A DNA stretch of 55,048 bases from a virus (taxonomy: Duplodnaviria; Heunggongvirae; Uroviricota; Caudoviricetes), in the IMG/VR virus record IMGVR_UViG_2541047910_000003, positions 1 to 55,048 of that record; one strand, 5' to 3'. Position 1 is the first letter of the stretch. Each line of letters starts with the position of its first letter. Below are positions 1-8,976 of this stretch, piece by piece. Made by a program: the position numbers and the translations under genes. The notes below the pieces were generated by a model. The model was not told the origin of the DNA. It saw only the letters and a program-made list of their open reading frames with translations, and searched no databases.

Positions 1-525
1 ATGAGTTTTCTTTTGCCGTGTGGTGGAATTATGAATAATATAGATTTATTAAAAACTATAACAAACTACAAAAAAATCAAAAATCCGGCATACCCGGCTC
101 AGGAGAGTCTGTTAATACACTTATATATTAGAGTAAATGACAAAATCCAGAGTATTATAGAAAATGAATTGAGCGAGTATAGAATAAACACTTCAACATT
201 TATGGTGTTAGTTTCATTATATATGTCTGATGATTATTGTCAGTCCCCTTCTGATATTTACAAGGAGTTACAATTCTCCAAAACAAACATCACACACATC
301 ATAGACAAATTAGAAAAAAAGAATATTGCCAAAAGAATTAATAATAAAAACGATCGTCGAAGCAAAAGTATTTGCTTAACCCCTGACGGAGTTACACTTG
401 CTCAAAAACTAATAAACACTCAAAATGTAATGCTAAAGAAAATCTGGAGCGGGCTATCAGATGATGAAATGAAAACATTTGAACTCGCCAACAAAAAATT
501 ATTATCAAACCTTAATGTTAATTGA
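1..525 (+). CDS. MarR-family winged-HTH transcriptional regulator
   Basis: 174-aa ORF. The core SPSDIYKELQFSKTNITHIIDKLEKKNIAKRINNKNDRRSKSICLTPDG is typical of a MarR wHTH. Very AT-rich. The ORF touches the window edge, so the 5' end is uncertain (internal Met at nt 31). Confidence 0.6.
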   Translation: MSFLLPCGGIMNNIDLLKTITNYKKIKNPAYPAQESLLIHLYIRVNDKIQSIIENELSEYRINTSTFMVLVSLYMSDDYCQSPSDIYKELQFSKTNITHIIDKLEKKNIAKRINNKNDRRSKSICLTPDGVTLAQKLINTQNVMLKKIWSGLSDDEMKTFELANKKLLSNLNVN

Positions 526-959
526 TGTTAAAACATACTAACAGTCATCTTCTTACAATGTATTCTTCTGGAGAGAATAACTACCTGAATATATAAAGAC
601 ATTAATCACACTCTCATTTAATTACAATGAGCATAAGAGCCACCAATGTTTATGCTGGTTAGGCTTTATACAGGAAACAATAAAAAAACGTCATTAAACA
701 AAGCGTTTTTAATGGCGTTGTTATTTAAAAGAAAGATATCAAATATAGATTAACCCCCATCGAATAAAGATGTTGTCTAATCATACCTGAAGGTATTTAT
801 CACTAGAATTTTATTTGTATAAATGGACATATACCATTGGAAGATTTAGAAAAGCATGTCTAGGAGTTTAAGGACAAATCTCATACTGATTATCGGAAGC
901 TTTTATCATTATATGATTACCAAGCATACAATGTATAATTATATACACTATTATTGTGA

Positions 960-1298
960 TTATAATTTGTTACTGTGCCACTCAAGGGCAATATCTTTGA
1001 AGGTGTTGTTTAACTGCGTTTCCCGGGCAATCTTTTCCTCTCGCTTCACTTCCATCAGATCGATTCCCCCAGAGATACCTCTTTTAGCTTCTTCAAGTTT
1101 TGCAGGAGCATCAGCTAAGGTGACCTCAGGATACACACCTAGTGCTAACAGCTTCTCTTTACCAGCTACACGATACTTGAGACGCCAATATTCTCCTCCA
1201 CCAGGTTTTACCAGGAGGTACAGACCACCACCATCAGCCAACTTGTAAGCCTTCTCTTTTGGCTTGGCAGTGTCTATTTGACGGGCATTGAGTTTCAC
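960..1298 (-). pseudogene. N-terminal fragment of a P4/CP4-57-type tyrosine integrase
   Basis: MKLNARQIDTAKPKEKAYKLADGGGLYLLVKPGGGEYWRLKYRVAGKEKLLALGVYPEVTLADA is the arm-binding N-domain (DUF4102-like) of P4-type integrases. It stops after 112 codons with no catalytic domain downstream. It lies 150 bp from a thrW 3'-end copy. Confidence 0.75.
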
Positions 1299-1450
1299 TT
1301 GGGGGTATCTCCACTAAACTGAACAGCAAATCCCCTCAATTGCTTGTAGAGTTTGGGGTACTTAAATAGACGTCAAAAGACTAAAAGGGGCATTAATATA
1401 CTGATTATAAGAGGTTTTTAAATACTTGAGTAGACTTGGGGAGACGTTAG

Positions 1451-1471
1451 AATGGTGCCGATAATAGGAGT
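1451..1471. repeat. 21-bp direct copy of the thrW 3' end (att junction)
   Basis: aatggtgccgataataggagt is identical to 13991-14011 and 53603-53623. Confidence 0.9.
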
Positions 1472-1614
1472 AAAACACTCGATTAATCTCGTGTTAATGC
1501 CATCACCTACGACCATTACTAATTGATTGAATCTTATAGAAAAAATCATCATTTTCTATGCGTTACAATCAATTTTCACATTACAAACGCTCCGACACTT
1601 TAGCCGGGGAGTTT

Positions 1615-2892
1615 ATGAGATACAAGCCCAATCAATACATAATCTGTGATTCTTACGGTAACTACTATTTGAGGATCACATTGCCTGTGTATATGCAGCC
1701 CTTTTTTGAAGGAAAAAGGACGTTTGTCAGGAGTCTACATACAAGTAATCTTCGTGTTGCACGTAGAAAGCGTGATCAGATTGCAGATGAATACCATTGC
1801 TTACGGGAGAGTGTCGCTCCTGTAAACAGCACAATAGAGAACACGCTGGAACTGTTACGAAGTAAGGCTAAATACGCCAAAACAGCTACCAGAATGCAAG
1901 ATACAGCGTCTTCGTGTCCGTCATTGCTTAAAATTCTTGAAATCTACCTGACAATTAACAGCACGAAGAAGAAGCCAGCCACTTTAGCTAAGGCAAGAAA
2001 AGCGGTAGAGATGTTTCTCTCCTACCGTAAAAAGCCTGATATTGCATTGCAAGATGTGAGCCGCACCACTGTTACAGGCTGGATTGAACACATGCAAAAA
2101 ACCCTTTCACAACAATCAATTGCAAATTATATCAGCCCAATGGCCCAGCTATGGGAGTTAGCTTCATCACGTTACCACGATGCGCCAGAAAGGGCGCTCT
2201 CCCCCTGGCGAGGGCATAGGCTTGATGTGGCACAAAGTAGAGAGAGCTACGAGGCATTTTCTAACAAAGAGCTATTGCAGGTGTTGCAAGTATTTTCCGG
2301 TAATTCAGCAGAAAACAAAGAAATGATGGCTTTGTGTCTTATCGGTTTATATACAGGTATGCGGATCAATGAGATAGCAAGTCTCACAATAGACGATGTG
2401 AAAGAGATCGAAGGTGTGCTGTGTTTTGAAATCACACAGGGAAAAACGAAAGCTGCGGCACGTGTTGTGCCTGTGCATAGCCTTATCACTCCGTTGGTGT
2501 TGTCGCTGCGTGAAAAGCCTCATAATGGCTTTTTGTTCTATCACGCCAGCATTACAGAGCGTGCTGATGGTAAACGCTCTACGTGGCACACGCAGAGATT
2601 TACAAGAGCTAAACGAAAGGCTTTAGGGGAAAAGGGAACAGAAAGGAAAGTGTTTCATTCTCTGAGACACGGAGTAGCACAGCTTCTTGATCGAAATCAA
2701 ATTCCAGAAGACAGGATCGCCCTTCTCCTGGGCCATACACGCGGCAATACAGAGACATTCCGCACATATAGCAAGAATGCAGCTTCTCCAGTAGAGCTTA
2801 AAAACTATATTGAGCTTCTACGCTACCCTGAAATAGAGAAAGGCTTATCAATCAATAAAAAATCAAATTTAAGGCGTAAAACAACGCCATAG
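1615..2892 (+). CDS. int: tyrosine recombinase/integrase
   Basis: C-terminal catalytic motifs are present: GMRINEIASL (Arg), HSLRHGVAQLL (H-x-x-R), LLGH, and a late Tyr (FRTYSK). The ORF is open from 1558, but GGGGAG precedes the Met at 1615. Confidence 0.85.
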   Translation: MRYKPNQYIICDSYGNYYLRITLPVYMQPFFEGKRTFVRSLHTSNLRVARRKRDQIADEYHCLRESVAPVNSTIENTLELLRSKAKYAKTATRMQDTASSCPSLLKILEIYLTINSTKKKPATLAKARKAVEMFLSYRKKPDIALQDVSRTTVTGWIEHMQKTLSQQSIANYISPMAQLWELASSRYHDAPERALSPWRGHRLDVAQSRESYEAFSNKELLQVLQVFSGNSAENKEMMALCLIGLYTGMRINEIASLTIDDVKEIEGVLCFEITQGKTKAAARVVPVHSLITPLVLSLREKPHNGFLFYHASITERADGKRSTWHTQRFTRAKRKALGEKGTERKVFHSLRHGVAQLLDRNQIPEDRIALLLGHTRGNTETFRTYSKNAASPVELKNYIELLRYPEIEKGLSINKKSNLRRKTTP

Positions 2893-2973
2893 ACGCAATA
2901 AAGAGGCTTCAACATAGATTGGTAGCCTCTTTTATAATTACATCGTTACAGAGCGTTTTAGAGGCGTTTACGG

Positions 2974-3687
2974 CTATTCCTGTTTAAAGGCAGGCGTAAT
3001 AGTGTCTTCACCTTCACTACTTGATCTTTCAGCGTTAACACGTTTCTTCAAATTCGCCCCGATGTTCTTAGATGGCTGTGTTTTGATAGCTACAGTGTTT
3101 ACAGTGCCATAAGACACTAATCTGATCTGTTCAAATTCCAAATCAAATACCAGGGATTCGCTTGCCTCTTCTGTGTATTCGATGCCTGTTAAAACAACGT
3201 TCTCAAAAGTTTTATTTTCTGTAACAAGAAGAAAAGGCTGTCTACTGTCCATAATCTGATTCAGATAATCTATAGCCAATGATCTTCTGTTCCCGTTCAC
3301 CCCTGCACTCTTTAACAAGCCAGGATCGCTTTTAATCGGTGTTTCAGTGATCCTTCCTTTAAGAGAAAACTTATTGTTTTTAATTTGAACGTGATCAGAC
3401 ACAGTAGCACCATTCTCTACGGGGTAGCTTGTGACATCTGCCGAACGTCTCACGTTCACATCGTCTACACTGTCAAAGGCCAGCGCCATATAATTTTCAT
3501 AAACGTCATTGCCAGAAGATGCCAAGCCACTGGTAACAATAGCAAACCCATTTTCTCCTTTTGTTTTATTGGCTTTGCTATTTTCGTTTTTTGTAGAGTT
3601 TATATCTTGTTCTGCTTTGTAAACAGCCTGAACGTGTTGTTCTGGAGTATTTGCTGCACGTATGGTTAAAATTCCCGCCGTTGCCAT
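2974..3687 (-). CDS. putative phage tail/baseplate protein (Dit-like)
   Basis: 237 aa. The motif SADVTSYPVENGATVSDHVQIKNNKFSLKGRIT plus a C-terminal beta-rich region recalls Dit-like tail proteins. It sits directly downstream of the tape-measure-like gene. Assignment is from pattern memory only. Confidence 0.4.
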   Translation of the reverse strand: MATAGILTIRAANTPEQHVQAVYKAEQDINSTKNENSKANKTKGENGFAIVTSGLASSGNDVYENYMALAFDSVDDVNVRRSADVTSYPVENGATVSDHVQIKNNKFSLKGRITETPIKSDPGLLKSAGVNGNRRSLAIDYLNQIMDSRQPFLLVTENKTFENVVLTGIEYTEEASESLVFDLEFEQIRLVSYGTVNTVAIKTQPSKNIGANLKKRVNAERSSSEGEDTITPAFKQE

Positions 3688-3717
3688 AATAATTTCCTTG
3701 TAATGTTATGGCGGGAA

Positions 3718-5553
3718 TTACCCGCCGTTGGATTGTCCTGATAAGCTGGTTAATGTTAATGATTTCAAGAAGCTATCCCGACTTGCTCTCGCTGTAAAAT
3801 CCACATAATCGCTTAATCTTGATGTGTCAGAATTAATAGTAAGAGGAACCTCTGTTACCACTTCAAATGTAGGATTCAGATTAAACACAGGAGATAAATT
3901 ATAAGCTGGAGTTGTCATTGTAAGATTATTTAAAGCACCCTGTTTGAGATTGGTTATCGGTGCTTCGCTGACTGACATTTTTACATCTGACACAGAAGAA
4001 GCATTATCATCGAAAAGCCATCCCTTAATTGTGTTAAAAAGAGAATGACTATTATCAGGTGTAGTTGTTGCAGTTCCAGCGCCTTTATATTGGTCAGGAA
4101 CGAGATTAGAAAGATGCTGTTTCATCCCTTCATTGCTTAATGGCGGTGCATCTCCCATATTTTTCTGAATAGCATCTGTCTTATCATCATTACGATTAAA
4201 CCAGTTTACAATCTTCATAATGGCCTCAAAGAGACTTCCTGTAGCTTCTCCCAGCTTCGTAAAATACGGAGTGAGATTAGAAAGGTTTTTCATAAACTCT
4301 TCCGTTACTTTTGGATCGAGAGATTTCATAAAGCCGTCTACAAATGCTACTTGTCTTGCATCAGAAAGCTGTGAAAGCTGTCTGTTTAGTTCTCTGAATT
4401 TAACAATAGATTCTTGCTGTGTTTCTGTTAGCCATTTTCCAGAGGCTTTTTGCTGATTAATACTTTCTTGTACATCTTTAACGGAACGTTGCCAATATTT
4501 TGATGTAAGCATCAAATCATCGCCCAGGTCTTCTAAACGTTGTCCAATTTGGGAGTCTGAAAACCCTTTTTTCATCATTCCATTAACAGCCTTAGAAATT
4601 AATCCGGCTGGATTATCAGCAAATTTTTTAAGGTCGCTCTTGTTAATAACACCGATGTTTAGAAGTTCATTAATAGCGTTATCACCGCCTTTCCACTCGC
4701 CGCCTTTACCAGTTTTTTTATCGACTACATATTCAGCTTCACTATAGGATTTTGCGGCACGTTCCCTAACATCTTTCATCTGATCCAGGTATTTCCTAGC
4801 CCCTTGATCACCCATCATAGAGTCAACGCCGTTTCTATACGCCCATTCTGTAATATTATACATCTGGTTAACGTCTACACCGCCAAGCCTTGCACGTTGG
4901 ATTAATTCTCCTTGTGTTTCAGCATTAGCGAAGCTATTAGCCATAAACTCGGCGGTTTTACTAACAGCCATCACGCCAGCAGCAGCCGTAGCGCCTCCAA
5001 ATAACAGAGCGCCCATAGTGGCGGAATTCCCTGATCCTCCCTTAACGGGGGCAAATTGAGCTTTTCTGTTGCCATTAATCTTACGTTGTTGTTGTTGTAA
5101 GCGTTTCATTTGGCTATTCATACGTGCAAGCGAGATAGCGCCTTGTTCGTATTGTTTCGCTATCTCTCTAGCCTGTGCAATAGCTTTATATTGTTCCGCT
5201 ACAGAGAGGCGGTGCATTGCACTTATAGAGCTTGACACATCAAGGAGTTTTAATTCTGCTTTCTCTTTACGTGCTGCTATTTGTGCCTGTTGCCTTGCCT
5301 GTGCTCTTGCTGCGGCAGCTTGTGCTCTTTGATTCTGTTTTTCGTTTTTCGCTTTCTGTTGAGCAATCTTATCTACTTCACTTTGTGCTTTCTTATAGCC
5401 TTTAGTGACATTATCAAATCTTAATTTAGCTGGCTTGATGTTCTCTGCGAATTCCTTTAAGCCTGTAATAGAGTCTTTCGCTTTTTTCAAGCTGTCTTTA
5501 TCTACACTAAATGTTACTGTGTTCTTAATTTTAGAAGTGTTAATTTCTAACAT
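3718..5553 (-). CDS. tape-measure-like or internal virion protein
   Basis: 611 aa. It has an N-terminal Q/A/K-rich coiled coil (QRAQAAAARAQARQQAQIAARKEKAE) and a hydrophobic Gly/Ala segment (GALLFGGATAAAGVMAV). The remainder is long and helical. No enzymatic motif seen. Confidence 0.5.
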   Translation of the reverse strand: MLEINTSKIKNTVTFSVDKDSLKKAKDSITGLKEFAENIKPAKLRFDNVTKGYKKAQSEVDKIAQQKAKNEKQNQRAQAAAARAQARQQAQIAARKEKAELKLLDVSSSISAMHRLSVAEQYKAIAQAREIAKQYEQGAISLARMNSQMKRLQQQQRKINGNRKAQFAPVKGGSGNSATMGALLFGGATAAAGVMAVSKTAEFMANSFANAETQGELIQRARLGGVDVNQMYNITEWAYRNGVDSMMGDQGARKYLDQMKDVRERAAKSYSEAEYVVDKKTGKGGEWKGGDNAINELLNIGVINKSDLKKFADNPAGLISKAVNGMMKKGFSDSQIGQRLEDLGDDLMLTSKYWQRSVKDVQESINQQKASGKWLTETQQESIVKFRELNRQLSQLSDARQVAFVDGFMKSLDPKVTEEFMKNLSNLTPYFTKLGEATGSLFEAIMKIVNWFNRNDDKTDAIQKNMGDAPPLSNEGMKQHLSNLVPDQYKGAGTATTTPDNSHSLFNTIKGWLFDDNASSVSDVKMSVSEAPITNLKQGALNNLTMTTPAYNLSPVFNLNPTFEVVTEVPLTINSDTSRLSDYVDFTARASRDSFLKSLTLTSLSGQSNGG

Positions 5554-5772
5554 TTAAAACCCCCCCTTATTAATCATTTTACCACCTTCTTTACTTAAGA
5601 AATGGTGTAGAGCCTGATCAATACTCTCGTTTAGTCTGAACATACGGGCTTTTACGCCTTCATATGGAACATCTAAGAGAGAACAGAGATATTTCAGATT
5701 TAACAAGCCTCTAGAATCATTAGCATCTAAATGTACGTGTACACCATTTTTTGATTTCAAAATCACTTCCAT
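5554..5772 (-). CDS. hypothetical protein
   Basis: 72-aa ORF that abuts the start of the 611-aa gene. It is the first gene after the capsid-gene terminator. Confidence 0.4.
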   Translation of the reverse strand: MEVILKSKNGVHVHLDANDSRGLLNLKYLCSLLDVPYEGVKARMFRLNESIDQALHHFLSKEGGKMINKGGF

Positions 5773-5794
5773 ATTTTAATCACCTCTCAAAATT

Positions 5795-5838
5795 TAAAAA
5801 TAAATAAAAAAAGGCGAAGCGTGAATACACGCCACGCC
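5795..5838 (-). terminator. intrinsic terminator after the capsid gene
   Basis: Stem ggcgaagcgtg/cacgccacgcc (internal mismatch), followed on the minus strand by TTTTTTATTTATTTTT. Confidence 0.65.
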
Positions 5839-5857
5839 TCTATTACACGTTAAAATA

Positions 5858-6886
5858 TTATTTAACAGTGATTTGAACGGAGAAGCCTACACCGTGGTTT
5901 ACAACCATCTGGCTATTCTCTGTAACAACGTTAACAGCATCACCACGAGAAGATTCATAGCTGTAACTATACACCTCAGCAGGAGCGGCATTAATCAGTT
6001 CAAAGGTGCTGGAAGCCGCCCCATAGATGGCCTGGTAGACGTTAGAGAATTTAGCGAATTTAGGCACAGCTACAGCGTCTGCGGTCATATGTGCAAGGTG
6101 TAGCGGATCTACCAGTTTAACAACATCAATGTTAGTTCCTGGAATAGTGAACGCTGTCACTCCTGGTAGCAGGTCACGACGCTGATACACAACGTTCCCT
6201 TCTTCCAGTGGGCTTACATACTGGAATGCGTTTGCCATACCAGCAGAGAATCGAATTGCAGAGAAGGCTTCCGGCTTACAGAAAACAACAATACGCTCTA
6301 CAGCAGCCGCCTGGCTTTGTGCTTTTTCGATAATGTCAGTAGCAATCTGATCAAATTCTTTAAAAATCTTCGTGGTGTCAGTGCTGGAAGCGTTCACAGT
6401 GGCTTTCATAGCTGATACGTTAAACAGCTTGCCCCACTCAATTAACACATCATCAGTTTTAGGCGTGTAAGTTTTGCCAGAGAACAAAGAAGCAGCCAAT
6501 ACGCTCTCTTTTGTACGCTGGAATGCAACATTGTGTTTAGCAACATATTCCGCGTAGATATCAGTGAGTGTTTCCTGGAAATCAGTGCCAGGTTTACGTT
6601 TGCCTTGAACATCAGAAGGACGGATCACATCTTCACGCAGGAAGTAAGGGATCTCGATCAGCCATTCTTTACCTTGTTCTCGCTTAGTAACATTGTGTTC
6701 AGAAGAGAAACGAGAGGTTTCTTTGTTGAACAGAGATTCGTTGCTTTCGACAAGCTGGGAAACAGCTACTTTATGAGATGTAACCCCTACAGAATCCGTA
6801 AAATCAAGGGTAGAAAGCAGATAATTTCTAGTGCTATGCGCAGAGAACAGAGGAGCTAAATCAACGTAATCATTACCTAGAATCAT
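5858..6886 (-). CDS. major capsid protein, lambda gpE-like (HK97 fold)
   Basis: 342 aa, the same length class as lambda gpE (341 aa). Colinear resemblances include the C-terminal GFSVQITVK versus lambda EFVSVQLA. It is preceded by a small decoration-like gene, as in the lambda D-E order. Confidence 0.6.
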   Translation of the reverse strand: MILGNDYVDLAPLFSAHSTRNYLLSTLDFTDSVGVTSHKVAVSQLVESNESLFNKETSRFSSEHNVTKREQGKEWLIEIPYFLREDVIRPSDVQGKRKPGTDFQETLTDIYAEYVAKHNVAFQRTKESVLAASLFSGKTYTPKTDDVLIEWGKLFNVSAMKATVNASSTDTTKIFKEFDQIATDIIEKAQSQAAAVERIVVFCKPEAFSAIRFSAGMANAFQYVSPLEEGNVVYQRRDLLPGVTAFTIPGTNIDVVKLVDPLHLAHMTADAVAVPKFAKFSNVYQAIYGAASSTFELINAAPAEVYSYSYESSRGDAVNVVTENSQMVVNHGVGFSVQITVK

Positions 6887-6904
6887 TTATTATTATTCCT
6901 TTTA

Positions 6905-7267
6905 TTAAGAAGTGAAAACAGAATGGAACCCTTCAAGCTGGAAGCCTTTTTTAATTAATGCTGTTTTTGCTGCTTCACTTACAGCATTCAGGGCATCAGC
7001 TTTAATGCATACAAGCCCAGCATTGCTACGTAAAACATCTACAGGCTTGTTGTCTCCAGCCGTTACAAATTCACTCATAACAACATAGATATCATCTCCT
7101 GATACATATTTAGCGCCCGTGCTGGTGATCAAGTCGCCGCACTCAACATCAGCAGGAAGAGAAGCAAAAACCTTGCTTTCTACAGAGGCAAACGGATCAG
7201 TACAATAACTTACAATATCTGTGAAAGTCTTTCTAACTGGAAACAGAGTGTCTAAATCAATAATCAT
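6905..7267 (-). CDS. putative head decoration/cement protein (DUF2190-like)
   Basis: 120 aa, immediately upstream of the capsid gene. The pattern GDLITSTGAKYVSGDDIYVVMSEFVTAGDNKPVDVL is reminiscent of DUF2190-type proteins. Confidence 0.4.
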   Translation of the reverse strand: MIIDLDTLFPVRKTFTDIVSYCTDPFASVESKVFASLPADVECGDLITSTGAKYVSGDDIYVVMSEFVTAGDNKPVDVLRSNAGLVCIKADALNAVSEAAKTALIKKGFQLEGFHSVFTS

Positions 7268-7476
7268 TTAGTAATCTCCTTAGCTTTTAATTTGATTAAT
7301 TCATTAATGGAAGGTGTAGACGGAGAAGAAGGAGAAAAATATTTTTCAACACATCGTTCTACGTCCTCTACAGAACACCCAGCGTATTTAGCTACCATTT
7401 CGGTAATTTGTGGATTAATTTTCAGCATTTCATCTTTATACTTGATGATTTGCTCTTTATCATTTAAGAACAACAT
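7264..7476 (-). CDS. hypothetical protein
   Basis: 70-aa ORF that overlaps the next gene by 4 nt. It is the first gene of the capsid operon. Confidence 0.4.
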   Translation of the reverse strand: MLFLNDKEQIIKYKDEMLKINPQITEMVAKYAGCSVEDVERCVEKYFSPSSPSTPSINELIKLKAKEITK

Positions 7477-7535
7477 TTATATAAACCTTGTTACCTTGTT
7501 TAAAGTAAGAAATACAACTTTTAAGTTGCATAACG

Positions 7536-7569
7536 GGCAAAATAAAAGGCAGCATTTAAAGCCGCCTTT
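7536..7569 (-). terminator. intrinsic terminator between the early-like and capsid operons
   Basis: Stem aaaggcagc/gccgccttt, followed on the minus strand by TTTTATTTTG. Confidence 0.55.
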
Positions 7570-7806
7570 GTAATTACCCTATGTTATGCACACTCCAAGA
7601 TGTATGCATAACAAAGGAAAAAAGAGGTATAATGACACAGTATTACTTAAGGAGGAGAAGCGGGGAGCGGAGATTTTACTCCCCTTTAACGACAAGAAGA
7701 ATTTTTAATATCGAACCAATAAAGGAAAAATAATAACCCTATATAATTATATTAACATACAATATATGAAATGTCAAGATATTTTACAACTTTTTTGTTG
7801 CTTTTT

Positions 7807-8172
7807 TTATTCTTCTGTGATAGTAGCGCCTAAGCGTTGAGCTAGTTCAACAAGTCCATCTCCTACATAGCGAACATCAGAGTCGATATCTTCTATCCAG
7901 TTTGATAGCTCCCATAGCTGAGAGGCTGTCAGGTATGCGTTCTCACGCTTACAGAGCATCTCTACACGCTTAGAGAGGTGCTCAAAGGCATTCACAGCTA
8001 AATCCCAGTGTTTAAACGCCTCATTTAGTGCCGCTGGCGTGTTTTCTTTGTATGCTTCAAGTTCAGCGCGGTTTAAAGGCAGGAGGTAATCATCCTCATA
8101 ATAATTAATTAGTGAGTAAATTGTGTCATACGTGTTTTTGTTCATATTAAAAGTCTCCATAGTGATCAGCAT
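7807..8172 (-). CDS. hypothetical protein
   Basis: 121-aa acidic helical ORF in an operon with the upstream genes. Confidence 0.4.
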   Translation of the reverse strand: MLITMETFNMNKNTYDTIYSLINYYEDDYLLPLNRAELEAYKENTPAALNEAFKHWDLAVNAFEHLSKRVEMLCKRENAYLTASQLWELSNWIEDIDSDVRYVGDGLVELAQRLGATITEE

Positions 8173-8557
8173 TATCTAAAATTTGAAAGTCTGGAACTAA
8201 ATTATTTAGGCCATTGGTGGCGAGATAACCAACGTAGTGGTTATAGTCTTCAAATCCTAAAATCTGGTATTTGCGTAAATCAGAGCTATCAACAATATAC
8301 TCTTTTCTTTTTCTAGGTTTCCAGAATACGCCAGGTGTTGAAGATAAGATTTCTTGTAAGGCGTTAAATTCATCTCCACAAGGCACAGAGGGAGAATGTT
8401 CTATGATCTCTGTTTTCCATTCGCCAGGGGCGCTATTATGCTTGGTGAGCGTAACTAGCTCTTTAAAGTCTTTGCGTCTTAGAATAGATTTAGGTTTACT
8501 TAGAAGAGAAGCTGAATCACCGATTTTCTTAACAACGTTGTTTTTTCTTTTTGCCAT
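8147..8557 (-). CDS. hypothetical protein
   Basis: 136-aa ORF with a basic N-terminus (MAKRKNNVVKK). Confidence 0.4.
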   Translation of the reverse strand: MAKRKNNVVKKIGDSASLLSKPKSILRRKDFKELVTLTKHNSAPGEWKTEIIEHSPSVPCGDEFNALQEILSSTPGVFWKPRKRKEYIVDSSDLRKYQILGFEDYNHYVGYLATNGLNNLVPDFQILDNADHYGDF

Positions 8558-8686
8558 TTATTTTTCCTTTTCTTTTAAAGGAAAACACCCCGAAATATGC
8601 TTCTAACGTGAGAAAGAACAATAACCAATACATAGCTACTATCATAATAATGTTTTCCTTTTATATTTTAATTACATAGAGAGATT

Positions 8687-8965
8687 TTAGAGAGTGGAAT
8701 AGATGAATTCTATTTCTTTATCTAGTCTTTTGAGATTGAATGTAGAGAAAGATAATTCTTTAATCTCTATAACACCGAAATTTGATAGCTGTTTCAGCCA
8801 GAATTTTAAACCAGCTTCAGAGCACCCTGCTCGATGTAACACATCGCTATATTTTAGCGGTGTTGGCTTTCCTTTATAGAGGTAAGCAAGTGTCTCGTAG
8901 ATGCGTTTTCCTGTGTCATTACACTGAATTCTGTCTACTTGATTTTTTACTAAATATTGAATCAT
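8687..8965 (-). CDS. small winged-HTH-like protein
   Basis: 92 aa. SDVLHRAGCSEAGLKFWLKQLSNFGVIEIK resembles a wHTH. Confidence 0.4.
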   Translation of the reverse strand: MIQYLVKNQVDRIQCNDTGKRIYETLAYLYKGKPTPLKYSDVLHRAGCSEAGLKFWLKQLSNFGVIEIKELSFSTFNLKRLDKEIEFIYSTL

Positions 8966-8976
8966 AACCCTCCTTA

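Noticed and set aside
856-1248. 130-aa plus-strand ORF
   Set aside because: It lies antisense to the clearly recognisable integrase N-domain fragment. It has no RBS and a low-complexity Ser/Pro-rich translation, so it is a shadow ORF.
3718-5553. 611-aa protein as a secreted toxin or bacteriocin
   Set aside because: No enzymatic, immunity-gene or lysis-gene context is present. The coiled-coil plus Gly/Ala-hydrophobic architecture and the following Dit-like gene fit a tape-measure or ejection protein better.
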